Shown here: one piece after another, positions 36,900 through 48,931 of the stretch
Layout: the number at the start of each line of letters is the position of its first letter
Position numbering within the stretch: position 1 is the first letter of the stretch
Origin: Octopus bimaculoides
Taxonomy: Eukaryota
DNA: 64,000 nucleotides
NCBI RefSeq assembly: GCF_001194135.2
Contig: NC_068981.1
Span: 158,400,619-158,464,618, forward strand
Direction of reading: 5' to 3'
The notes under the pieces: generated by a model
What the model was told of the DNA's origin: nothing
The model's database searches: none
What the model saw: the letters and a program-made list of their open reading frames with translations, nothing else
Made by a program: the position numbers and the translations under genes

Positions 36900-37607
36900 N
36901 NNNNNNNNNNNNNNNNNNNNNNNNNNNNNNNNNNNNNNNNNNNNNNNNNNNNNNNNNNNNNNNNNNNNNNNNNNNNNNNNNNNNNNNNNNNNNNNNNNNN
37001 NNNNNNNNNNNNNNNNNNNNNNNNNNNNNNNNNNNNNNNNNNNNNNNNNNNNNNNNNNNNNNNNNNNNNNNNNNNNNNNNNNNNNNNNNNNNNNNNNNNN
37101 NNNNNNNNNNNNNNNNNNNNNNNNNNNNNNNNNNNNNNNNNNNNNNNNNNNNNNNNNNNNNNNNNNNNNNNNNNNNNNNNNNNNNNNNNNNNNNNNNNNN
37201 NNNNNNNNNNNNNNNNNNNNNNNNNNNNNNNNNNNNNNNNNNNNNNNNNNNNNNNNNNNNNNNNNNNNNNNNNNNNNNNNNNNNNNNNNNNNNNNNNNNN
37301 NNNNNNNNNNNNNNNNNNNNNNNNNNNNNNNNNNNNNNNNNNNNNNNNNNNNNNNNNNNNNNNNNNNNNNNNNNNNNNNNNNNNNNNNNNNNNNNNNNNN
37401 NNNNNNNNNNNNNNNNNNNNNNNNNNNNNNNNNNNNNNNNNNNNNNNNNNNNNNNNNNNNNNNNNNNNNNNNNNNNNNNNNNNNNNNNNNNNNNNNNNNN
37501 NNNNNNNNNNNNNNNNNNNNNNNNNNNNNNNNNNNNNNNNNNNNNNNNNNNNNNNNNNNNNNNNNNNNNNNNNNNNNNNNNNNNNNNNNNNNNNNNNNNN
37601 NNNNNNN

Positions 37608-37662
<55 letters not shown>

Positions 37663-38809
37663 TGTATATTTCAAGTTTCGTTGTAGCCAATTTAGTCGTT
37701 TAAAATACAACAAAACTGTTATATTCACTTCCATTCATTTCTTAATAGTATTGGTATTTATGAAACCTTTAAAAGATGAAACCCTTCAGTCGCGTGGTCG
37801 CAGACAAGCGACAAAACATATACTTTAGTGGACAGCAGAATCAAGAAATAAATTATGGTTAATGTAATAGCTTTTGCGTTCTTTGGTGGCTCAGATAACT
37901 TTTCCGATGTAATATTAGCTTCATTTTTAATATATGATCTCATATCGAGTCAGTCGACATCATTGACTTCGCAACGATTTCAACACTGAGCGTTCCAGTT
38001 GTTCAATCGACTGAACAATTTTTTCATTGATTTATAATGTAAGTAGCTGAGTGTGCAACCACGAAGCGGACTTTTAATGTAACCCGCAACCAGGCAAAGA
38101 GTGACTGCAGCAAAGCGGATTCCTTGAATCATAAGTACAGTTTCTCTACAGATAGAGTTTATATTTTCTGTACTTCTCTCACAAGCCTTGAATCCAAGAT
38201 GAAACTATTGTAGAAGTCACTTGCTCAAGACTGCATGCAATGTGTCCGAACTCGAGACCTCTAGATTGCAAAACAAACTACTTAAATATTCATCATTGCC
38301 AGTATGTATACACACACATACATGCAGAGTCATACATATATAGGAACACATATATATGCAGTTGTGTATGTGTGGGGGTGCATATATTATATACACCCTC
38401 ATATATATATATATATATATANNNNNNNNNNNNNNNNNNNNNNNNNNNNNNNNNNNNNNNNNNNNNNNNNNNNNNNNNNNNNNNNNNNNNNNNNNNNNNN
38501 NNNNNNNNNNNNNNNNNNNNNNNNNNNNNNNNNNNNNNNNNNNNNNNNNNNNNNNNNNNNNNNNNNNNNNNNNNNNNNNNNNNNNNNNNNNNNNNNNNNN
38601 NNNNNNNNNNNNNNNNNNNNNNNNNNNNNNNNNNNNNNNNNNCATGTATGTACATACCTACATCTACCTGTATATATAGATGCATATCTGGGTACAGGAC
38701 GTTGCAGACAAAACAGACAAAATGAGGAACAGAGTACAGAAAACACACAGGCCACATAGAGAACATTTCCTTCATCAGCTGCTACCATTCTAACACTGGC
38801 GTTTCGAAG

Positions 38810-38868
<59 letters not shown>

Positions 38869-38886
38869 TGTGTGTGTATGTATGTG

Positions 38887-38918
<32 letters not shown>

Positions 38919-39227
38919 TGTATGTATGTATGTATGTATATGTATATGATTATGTGTACTTGTAATTCCGTACTTTATGTATATTAGATTAGGTTTGTGA
39001 GAATATTTCTATGTATGTATGTATGTATGCATTTATGCAAGTGTTTAGGTATTGTTACAGATACAGAAGTCAGTGCAGTCTCTAAGTGGGAGAGACGGTT
39101 GGAAGAGAGTAAGGACAAGGAAGACTAGAGAAATTATAAAGAAAAGTGGGTAAAGGGAAACAGCGATTGGTCGGAAAGAAAAAGGAGAATAATGATAGAT
39201 AAATAGAGAAAGAGAGAGAAAGAGAGA

Positions 39228-39270
<43 letters not shown>

Positions 39271-40249
39271 GTAGAGAGAGAGATTATGGGAGAAATAGGG
39301 AGATTGAATGGAAGGGTAAAAGAAAGTTAAGAGGTCATGTGAGAGATAAGGAGAGAATTGAAAACTGAAAGGGTAACAAATCTACAACCACATACACAAA
39401 CAGATACATAGGCACTCACACACTCACGCAGACAAGCACATTCTCTCATACACACGAATACGAGTAAAGACATCACAAAAACATATACAAGTATATAAGC
39501 ACACTGAAATACATATACAGACCCATAGAAACACAGGTACGTACACATACACATACAGACACACATAGTTATGTATTCCATAATATATATTAACACCCAT
39601 AATCAAATAACTATACACAGGAGGCCAACTGGCAGTCATGCATATTCAAGCAACCAATAACGGATACGCATTCTCCAGATAATCGTATATCTGCACTCTG
39701 TGACAAACAAGTTGACGTACACAGACATACGTATACACATACACACATTCGAATAGCTTACATGCAGATACGCATACCACACATAATGAAACACACACTA
39801 TTACACAAATGAAGACCCACACATTGTTATACATGCGCATAGTCTGATACTGAGACGTTGTTTCATGTACATACATACACATACAAACACAGGTAAATAA
39901 AGTTTTCATTTCAGAACCGGAACATATCGAGAACTCTCTGTTGAGCGAGGGAGGTTCAAAATATAGATATGTCGTTTATGTGATAGGAGGAGATAAAGAA
40001 AGACATAACGAAAGAAAGAAAAAAGAAAGTAAGGGTGGAAGGGATACGAAGAGGGATTACCATATAAACGGGGTGAGACATCACAAGTGCCAGGGGTTAC
40101 TTTATGCTGACGGACGTAAAATTTGGGTGAACGGAAAGAGAGAGATGCCACTGCTCCACGTAAGTTTTATTGTTTTGTTAGTTGTTATTGCTAAACTCCA
40201 GTCCGGCCTTATTAGCAAAAGTGTTTCAACTGGAAAAATCTCGTCTTTG

Positions 40250-40318
<69 letters not shown>

Positions 40319-40725
40319 TTATCTCTGTGCGTGTGTGTGTGCATGTGTATAAGACTNNNNNNNNNNNNNNNNNNNNNNNNNNNNNNNNNNNNNNNNNNNN
40401 NNNNNNNNNNNNNNNNNNNNNNNNNNNNNNNNNNNNNNNNNNNNNNNNNNNNNNNNNNNNNNNNNNNNNNNNNNNNNNNNNNNNNNNNNNNNNNNNNNNN
40501 NNNNNNNNNNNNNNNNNNNNNNNNNNNNNNNNNNNNNNNNNNNNNNNNNNNNNNNNNNNNNNNNNNNNNNNNNNNNNNNNNNNNNNNNNNNNNNNNNNNN
40601 NNNNNNNNNNNNNNNNNNNNNNNNNNNNNNNNNNNNNNNNNNNNNNNNNNNNNNNNNNNNNNNNNNNNNNNNNNNNNNNNNNNNNNNNNNNNNNNNNNNN
40701 NNNNNNNNNNNNNNNNNNNNNNNNN

Positions 40726-40782
<57 letters not shown>

Positions 40783-40820
40783 TTAAACACACACACATAC
40801 ACACATACGCTGGTTTTAAT

Positions 40821-40954
40821 AAATAAATAGAAAGAGAGGTAGAAAGAGTGACGGAGGAAAGCAAGGACTGGTATTAAGGATAAAATAAGGTATATATATC
40901 CTTAATACCAATCCTTGCTTTCCTCCCTCACTCTCTTTACCTTTCTATTTATTT
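40821..40954. other. Long imperfect hairpin (about 60-bp arms, 18-nt loop)
   Basis: GGAGGAAAGCAAGGACTGGTATTAAGGA (40853-40880) pairs with TCCTTAATACCAATCCTTGCTTTCCTCC (40899-40926) with one mismatch. The outer arms aaataaatagaaag/ctttctatttattt also pair. Confidence 0.85.
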
Positions 40955-41925
40955 CTCTTTCTCTTTACCCCTTAATAGCCACCTCCGCTATCATTCTCTT
41001 ACAGAACGTCGATACGTTCGCGTTTATTTCTGGATATTTACACTATTAAGACTTTAACCTACATAGATTTACACAGGATTGCACCTAAGAGCTTATGGAC
41101 TAACATCTACACGATCGGAAAGTTGAACTGCGAACTTTTATGCTTCTTTTTTTCTTTTCTTTCTTCATCTTATTCCTTTTCTCCTGTCCTCTATGTCGTC
41201 CCTTCATTAATCTATACCCTTCTCATCTTCCCAATTTGTCTCCCATGACGGAATATCCCATTCTCTGGGATATCCCAGAAACAGTTGTAAGACTGAATTT
41301 TTCCAATAATGATAACGTATATGACTTGAGATGTTTGTCTTGCCTTAAGTTTCGTTGTCCCCTTTAACAATTATATATCGGCTATATTGGAAATCTACAA
41401 TGGTTCCATAACTCCTGTCTCGGCTATAACCTTATATATATACTCGCATAGAATAATATATCTCTTACAATTAATCATCAGAGGCAAACAGCACACAGCT
41501 ATATATCACATGCGTACATTCCTTACTCTGTACTGAAAGTGTAAGCAAATTTTATTCCTCTACTCGTTAGGTTATATTTTGTGCCTTCTTTAGTTGAACT
41601 CACGGTAGATGCACTGGATAAATACATTAGCATTTTCATTGAAGTTGAAAAACAGTGAAAACTATGTTTGTCTATCATCAAAAAGCCTTTACCGAATTAT
41701 GTATATTGAATGTCAGGCATTAAATAAGCATTTTCACAATTATATGGAAGTCATTTACCTTTTATATTTAAGTTTTAATATTTATAGTTTTACATTGCGT
41801 AAGTACCGAGTCGTCGGAAAGCTCTTAATTTGAAAGATTATTATTTAAAGAAGATCCACTACTCCTGTAATTATAACAGTATGCTGTTAATGTTCACTGT
41901 CGACAGCTTTATACGATTCGAAGTA

Positions 41926-43035
41926 CAGGGTTTTCAGGCTAAATTTGACAGTTTGCATAAGAAAAGAAAACACAGTATCCCATCCAAGTATTTTTTAAAA
42001 ATCAAAAGATATTTACTAGGTCTGGGAGATAATAGCTTACTCAAAGTAGCCGCCCTCAGTTTCCACCATAACTTTAAGATGGTTCTAGAACCTGGCGCAT
42101 GTTTTCCTCACTGTGTCCTTGAAAAGATCTTCAAACACCTCTTTGATCTTGAGCACCAGCTCGGCCTTGATTGTTGTAGGTAGAGCGACTGGAGTCTTTC
42201 TGGTGTCTTTCACAACTGCGTCCTACACATAGTAACCCACGGGATTACGATCAGAGGAATTGCGAGGCCAGAAATTGAGGCTGGTATAGTTGTAGAAATT
42301 CTCCGACACTTCTGACTCTTTCCGGAGCAAGGAGTTGAATCCTCCCGCCACATATATGGCTTTCCAGTAGCAACCCTCTCCAATGATGATTTGACCACAG
42401 TCTATAACAGCTTCACATAACCGTCTGAATGGAGCGCAAAATCCTGTTAAAAAATTTGAGGTAACATGACATCACCCTCACTGGTGACATACCCAAAGAC
42501 CATCTCTTTCCTGCTGGCCACTACTTCATAGTTTCAGTTTCAGCCGTCCAGGTCACGTCTTACAACTTTTATAGGGTCCACATAGCCTTGAGGCGCAGTC
42601 ATGATGTCGGCATTTTGATACCCAGTGAGAATCATCATGACACAGGTAATTCTTGTCCAATATTCAGATGGCTTCCAAGGCGGCGAGGTGGCAGAAACGT
42701 TAGCACGCCGGGTATTTCGTCTGTCTTTACATTCTGAGTTCAAATTCTACCGAGGTCAAGTTTGCCTTTCATCCTTTCGGAGTCGATAAATTAAGCACCA
42801 GTTGCGTACTGGGGTCGATCTAATCGACTGGCCCCCTCCCCCAAAACTTTGGGCCTTGTGCTTAGAGTAGAAAAGAATATTCAGATGGTTTCCAGTCCCT
42901 CATGTCAGGTAACTTTTTCACAGCTACAACTTTAATCTTTGTGCTCTTCAATGCCGTCAACTGTTCACCGATACAGCAAGTTGTTCTTGAAAATGGGAGA
43001 CATATGAAATCGTCAAATCTAGCCTGAACACTATG
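41926..43035 (-). mobile_element. Tc1/mariner DD37D (maT/mori-like) element, degenerate and 5'-deleted, interrupted by a SINE
   Basis: TA-CAGGGTTTTCAGGCTAAATTTGAC versus TA-CATAGTGTTCAGGCTAGATTTGAC (reverse complement of the right end). Frames give MVFGYVTSEGDVMLPQIF...KPYMWREDSTPC...SENFYNYTSLNFWPRNSSDRNPVGYYV...IKEVFEDL...VETEGGYFE*. The DD37D subfamily call rests on motif resemblance. Confidence 0.82.
42672..42875 (+). repeat. Full-length young Nin-type SINE with 13-bp TSD
   Basis: aatattcagatgg at 42659-42671 and 42876-42888. Body ggcggcgaggtggcagaaacgttagcacgccggg...gcctttcatcctttcggagtcgataaattaagcacc. Confidence 0.9.
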
Positions 43036-43615
43036 TAGTTGATAATGAAAATACTTATGTTTGCTGCTCCAAATAATTATGAAAGGTATTTGTGTTTGGC
43101 TTTTAGTGGTAGTTGTTTGGAAGATTTATCCAATATCTAAAGCCAGAAATTACAATTATATTTATCTCCAAATAAATCTTCCAAGCAACAATGTTGTGTT
43201 GTACTGAGGAGCTGGTGATTACATGTGTAATAGCTTACATAAATGTATGACACAATCATTTCCAGTAGTGCATTAGGGGAGGGGGAGGTCATTGTTCAAT
43301 AGATATTTTGTAACAGTCTCTTGTTCTTAGATTGCAAAAATGTAGTTTTCAAAATGTGACATGCTGTAGCAGTTTCATGTTCTCAGTCAATATTAGCATC
43401 ATTCTAAAATTTCTAAAAATACATTCATTCATAATATGTTGTTGGCATGAGGGGCCGCATAAGTTATTTGTAATACTTATTATGTGAAGCACAGACAATA
43501 GAAAGACCTTAGATAATTTGAAAGCATTTTAATGACATTTTCTATCAAGAATGAACATTTCTTTCGACTAAATTCCATCCATGCTTCAATTGAAAACGTC
43601 CAGCTGTTTCTCATA

Positions 43616-43828
43616 CGAAGGGGTGCTGGAAAGTTCCTGGCTTTGGGTAAAAGAAAATACTGGATGATTAGTTAATTATGATTTTATTCAACACATTCCC
43701 CTCTCAGATTCACACACTTATTGCTGTGGTCCTTTTTCTAAGCCTTGTAAAAGAACTTTGGAAGGTTGGGGCTCCAAACAGGCCTTTCGCAGTACCCTTA
43801 AAGCCAGCAGCTTTTCAGCAATACTTCG
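43616..43828 (-). mobile_element. Mariner-derived MITE (213 bp)
   Basis: TA flanks both ends. TIR CGAAGGGGTGCTGGAAAGTTCCTGGCTTT versus reverse complement CGAAGTATTGCTGAAAAGCTGCTGGCTTT. Retains the transposase C-terminus DHSNKCVNLRGECVE* on the minus strand. Confidence 0.82.
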
Positions 43829-44299
43829 TATTTGTAGGTGATTCGAATTTTGATCATCAAGAAATAAATTATGGGTTATATTGATGTTTATTGCTACTGA
43901 AGCTCGTAAACTTAACTTTGATATAAAAATAATTACTGTGGATTTATTGCTAAACTAAACAGAATCACAGATAGACTATCATCTGGGAGTATACCTTTTA
44001 AAAACTTATAAAATCTGGGACTTATAAAGGTGAGAATGATCAGGACTTTCCAAACCTTTCAATAGCAGCCAAGACAGTAGGAAATTTTGTTAAATAAGGT
44101 GATTCCTGTGATGTTAATTTATGTATTTTGTCACAAGTTATTAATTGGGTGTTAATTATCGTATTTATTCACATGGTTTATTCTGAGAGTGCAGCTTTAT
44201 TAATTAGAAACCATTTGGCACATCCTCGTATTTATGTCTTTTCATATATTTGCCCAATAGTCATAATATTTTTGGGCTCGCAGTAATCTTAAACGCAGA

Positions 44300-44435
44300 G
44301 CCTAATCGAACAAATTGACTGTAATACTTATTTTTAAGTATGATACTTATTTATCGAAATCTTTTTGTTAAGCCGCTAAGTTACAGAGGCGTTAACAAAC
44401 CACCACCAGTTGTCAAACGGTGACAAGACACACAC

Positions 44436-44476
<41 letters not shown>

Positions 44477-44668
44477 TACACACACACATATACACACGCT
44501 CACACACATGTATATACGACGGGCTTCTTTCAGTTTCCCTCGACCAAATCTATTCCCGAAGCTTTGGTCGGCCCAGGGATATAGTAAAAGACACTTGCCC
44601 AAGGTGTCATACAGTGGTACCGAACCCGAAACCATGTGTTCTTACCACACACCCATGCATGCGCCTAA
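44300..44668 (-). repeat. tRNA-head SINE with internal (CA)n
   Basis: gccgctaagttac...ttgtcaaacgg...(ca)n...tatacgacgggcttctttcagtttcc...gacacttgcccaagg. Confidence 0.85.
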
Positions 44669-44680
44669 AATGTTTTCAAC

Positions 44681-44752
44681 CAGCTTGGCGGAGAATCGAA
44701 CCTCGGTCTTCCGTGTGACAGGCGGGGATACTTGCCGCTATGAAACCGAGGA
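44681..44752 (-). pseudogene. tRNA-Asp(GTC) pseudogene
   Basis: Reverse complement TCCTCGGTTTCATAGCGGCAAGTATCCCCGCCTGTCACACGGAAGACCGAGGTTCGATTCTCCGCCAAGCTG follows the eukaryotic tRNA-Asp pattern (AGTATCCCCGCCTGTCAC...GGTTCGATT). The acceptor stem and D arm are disrupted and there is no T-run terminator. Confidence 0.8.
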
Positions 44753-46084
44753 ACGCTACAACCCATTTTCTTTTATCTTTCATTTTATTATAGTATGTAT
44801 TTCTGTGCATTTGTTACCATGTAAGTGTTTCGTGTATTTGATTATAAACATATGAGATAGTATCTTATAAGATACCTTCAGTTGAATAAACGAAGGAGAT
44901 TAATTAGATGATTCATAAGATGTTACTGATGTACAGGAAACTCGTTATTCACTAGGTGCGTGTCCTAGAGGTAAGGGTGTGGCACTCATGATCGCAAGAT
45001 CGTGGTTTCGATTCCCAGACTGGTTGTGCATTGTGTTCTTGAGCAAAACACTTCATTTCACGTTGCTCTAGTCCACTCAGTTGAAAACTAGTAACCTTGT
45101 GATAGATTGGCGTACAAGGATGGGTTGTTGGCTAAGAAAAGTCACCCGAACGGAGGTCTCGTGAGCTATGTTTTGTATTCAGCGATCGAAAGACTGAACA
45201 GTCCAACCTATGCTGTGAATCCCGAATGATTGGGGTTTGGTTGTTCTACAGCTTCGAAGGCCGATTGTTTGATTGATCGATTCACTTTACAAGTTATGAT
45301 GGAATGTGCTGTTCACTGATACAAGCTGTCGAGGTTTACCTCCAGTTTTGTTGTTGTTGTTATTAAATCGAGCTCAGTCGTGATCGAGTAAACCTATAAT
45401 CGAAGACATTTGTGCGTGATATGAGGCAGATTTGACAGCGCCGACAAAGTTGTTCCTACTGTTGGCTCCTTTCTTAATTATATTATTCACCTGGGTGCAT
45501 TGTGCTCGTAGTTTCATTGCAGGTATCTGATAGATATTTGCTTTGTGTGATTTCTATTGTATACAAACGTAAATTGATTTTCCGCTTCATGTTATCACAT
45601 GTCTTCATAGAGTATCCATCGATAACTTTCAATATGAGAGTAATTGTTTTGTTTCATTTTTCCTCTGCTCGTCAGTATGATCTGTTGTGTAGTTCTAGGC
45701 AAGCCCAATCGAACAGTTCTATTGTAAGTAGGTAAATGGCCGAACTACGTGATGCGACCCACAAATCCTTTTTCCTACTTAACACTTGTTAAGGAAAATA
45801 TTTCTGTGTGATGAAAAACATTGTTCGACAACATCAGCAATAATAAACTTCGAAATGTGAACAAGTAAATACACTCACAAACCTGAAAACATACGTCATC
45901 TATGCATGTAGATTATAAGCAAGAAACCAAAGTATCATTTAAGATCAATTCAAATGTGTTTGTACTAAGAACACAAGGGAAAGTTACGATTTTTGACAAA
46001 CAGAATTTTTATTCTTTTCATTCACAAAAAAAAAAAAAAATACTGTCGTTACTGCGGATGATAAAATGCCGAGAGAATTCGAAT

Positions 46085-46435
46085 GTAATTGTCCTTCGTA
46101 TCATTGTAATAGTAGTCAAAAAGTTAGCTGTTGGTCGTTTTGTTGTTCATTGTTGTTCACCAGTCGTTCATTGTGATTATTGTCAGCAACTCTCCGTATC
46201 TGTTCGCCGTCTGTCTTCCGTCTCGTCTCTGCTGTCTCTCAATGCACTCTCTGCTGCATTCCCAGAGCTCTCTGTCAAGTAGTCAAGGTGTGCTGATGTT
46301 ATACAGATGGTTAGGCTCAGAAAGAAATGCGCCAAAAGATGAAATCGTTGCTGGAACCTATTCAACGTGAAGTCGTGATTGGGCAAACTTTGTTCGTCAC
46401 ATGGGTAATATTCTAGCGAATCGCAGCATCGGGCG
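46085..46435. repeat. Unclassified dispersed repeat, homologous to 61320-61835
   Basis: Shared blocks: aagagttagc/aaaagttagc, agctctctg, gcgc.aaaagatga, ctgga.cctatt, gaagtcgtgattgg.caaa, aatcgc.gca.cgg. Confidence 0.7.
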
Positions 46436-46959
46436 TAGTGATGTGACTGCTGAAGATTCCAGCTACATGTTTGAGAAATAGTTGAACATGTTGAGGCTTT
46501 TGATTACAGTTTGTCTTGGAGAAAAATTCTCGCTGATGATAAAAAGGTATTAAGATACCTAATCAGCACAGAGCGTTTTAAGTTTTTACACTCTTCGTCA
46601 GAGCCTTCGTGCATCTACTTACATAGGGGTTCTGGCCTGGCGGACTATGACTGCAATCGGTTAATAATCTTTATCTGATTTACGATGTCAGAAGCTTTGC
46701 TTTCTAGTCATCCCAGAGTCGCTTCTCTTGGTATCTGGTGTTCAAGAAAGCAAACGAGTCCGTAATGCATCCATCAGTGAAATAAAGAGCGCTCTGAGCT
46801 GACTGTGGTGTTTTAACACTGTTCTATGTTGAGCGAGGATTTTTGTTTCATGACAAACAACAGTGAAAAACCTTTACAGGCTCTAATATCTCTCAAGCAT
46901 ATCTGAACAGCTTTTAAGTTTATATACTTTTTGTTACATCTACACCTGTGTGCGTGGAA

Positions 46960-47065
<106 letters not shown>

Positions 47066-47370
47066 CGTGTGTGTGTGTGCGTGCGCTCTAATATAATTAA
47101 AATAACAACACTGAAAAAGTTTTCAAGGCTGTCTTCTGCAGGTAAATCATGTAGTAAAGTGCAGGGAACACTTCGTAATGACATGAGCCTACTTGAATGT
47201 TCTATCTGCGAACCAACAAGATCTCCCTACATGGTCGTTCCAACTACTAGGCATAACGGCTAAACATACCACAAACTACTCTCTACCGTCTTGAAAAGGA
47301 ATAGATATATTAGGGTCTGTCTTAGAAACATAATACTCGAAAAAGATATAGTTATAACTGGAACGCATTT

Positions 47371-47425
<55 letters not shown>

Positions 47426-48931
47426 CTATCTATNNNNNNNNNNNNNNNNNNNNNNNNNNNNNNNNNNNNNNNNNNNNNNNNNNNNNNNNNNNNNNNNNNN
47501 NNNNNNNNNNNNNNNNNNNNNNNNNNNNNNNNNNNNNNNNNNNNNNNNNNNNNNNNNNNNNNNNNNNNNNNNNNNNNNNNNNNNNNNNNNNNNNNNNNNN
47601 NNNNNNNNNNNNNNNNNNNNNNNNNNNNNNNNNNNNNNNNNNNNNNNNNNNNNNNNNNNNNNNNNNNNNNNNNNNNNNNNNNNNNNNNNNNNNNNNNNNN
47701 NNNNNNNNNNNNNNNNNNNNNNNNNNNNNNNNNNNNNNNNNNNNNNNNNNNNNNNNNNNNNNNNNNNNNNNNNNNNNNNNNNNNNNNNNNNNNNNNNNNN
47801 NNNNNNNNNNNNNNNNNNNNNNNNNNNNNNNNNNNNNNNNNNNNNNNNNNNNNNNNNNNNNNNNNNNNNNNNNNNNNNNNNNNNNNNNNNNNNNNNNNNN
47901 NNNNNNNNNNNNNNNNNNNNNNNNNNNNNNNNNNNNNNNNNNNNNNNNNNNNNNNNNNNNNNNNNNNNNNNNNNNNNNNNNNNNNNNNNNNNNNNNNNNN
48001 NNNNNNNNNNNNNNNNNNNNNNNNNNNNNNNNNNNNNNNNNNNNNNNNNNNNNNNNNNNNNNNNNNTATATATATATATATAAGCATGTTTTTATTCATC
48101 AATATGCCTCTGTTTATATAGGTGCAATGTATGTGCATTTATGGCTGCATTTTGTTACTATCTATCTATCTATCTATCTGTCTGTCTGTCTATCTCTCTG
48201 TTTCTCTGTGTCTTTCTGTTTGTTGTATGTATGTATGTATATGTCATGTATATGTGCGATGGATATCTATGTGGTGTCATAAAATTCCTTGAATTCATTC
48301 GCTGCTGGGTGTGGAAGAGGAATGATTAAGTTAGCTGTACACAACTAATACAATTAATTTAACATTGTTCAGTGAATTAACAGAATCGTTAGCGTGTCGA
48401 ATAAAATGCTTGGCGATATTTCTTTCAGCTCTTTAGGTTCTACGTTCAAGCTTCACCGAAGTCACTTTTGATTTTTATTCCTCTGAGGACAATAAAATAA
48501 AGTCCCAGTCAATCACTAATCAACCACTAGATTTGAAACCTCAAGCCTCTGTTAGAAACAATTATCTATTTGTTTTAATTGCATCGAGTTTGTTGACGAT
48601 GTTCGCTGGAAAGTGTCACTTAAAATTTTCTACACTATTTTGATCGGTTGGTTACGTGTCTGAGCTCAGTACAACTGACAAGTTCTGTAAGAATCAAAAC
48701 AATTGATAATTTAGACTCTTAATCGCAATTTAAAAAATCGTTATTTCAACCTAGATGGAGATTGTTGTTGTTGTTTTTAGCCGAATATCAGCTCTGATTG
48801 AGCAGACCTGTGACAAAAAACAGTCTAGCCATAACCATTCCGTTATTTTTAGTGTATGTCGGAGAATATCTAATCTGGGGGGTTTTTTTAATAGTAAGGC
48901 GGGGTTTTCCTTTTACGTGCTTAGTCTAGAG

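Noticed and set aside
36693-37828. Several long ORFs of 290-337 aa, and similar ones at 38217-38788, 39941-40864, 47291-48138, 50958-51604 and 58025-58691
   Set aside because: They are open only because they cross N gaps and dinucleotide repeats (X, HT, CV, YI runs). No coding evidence.
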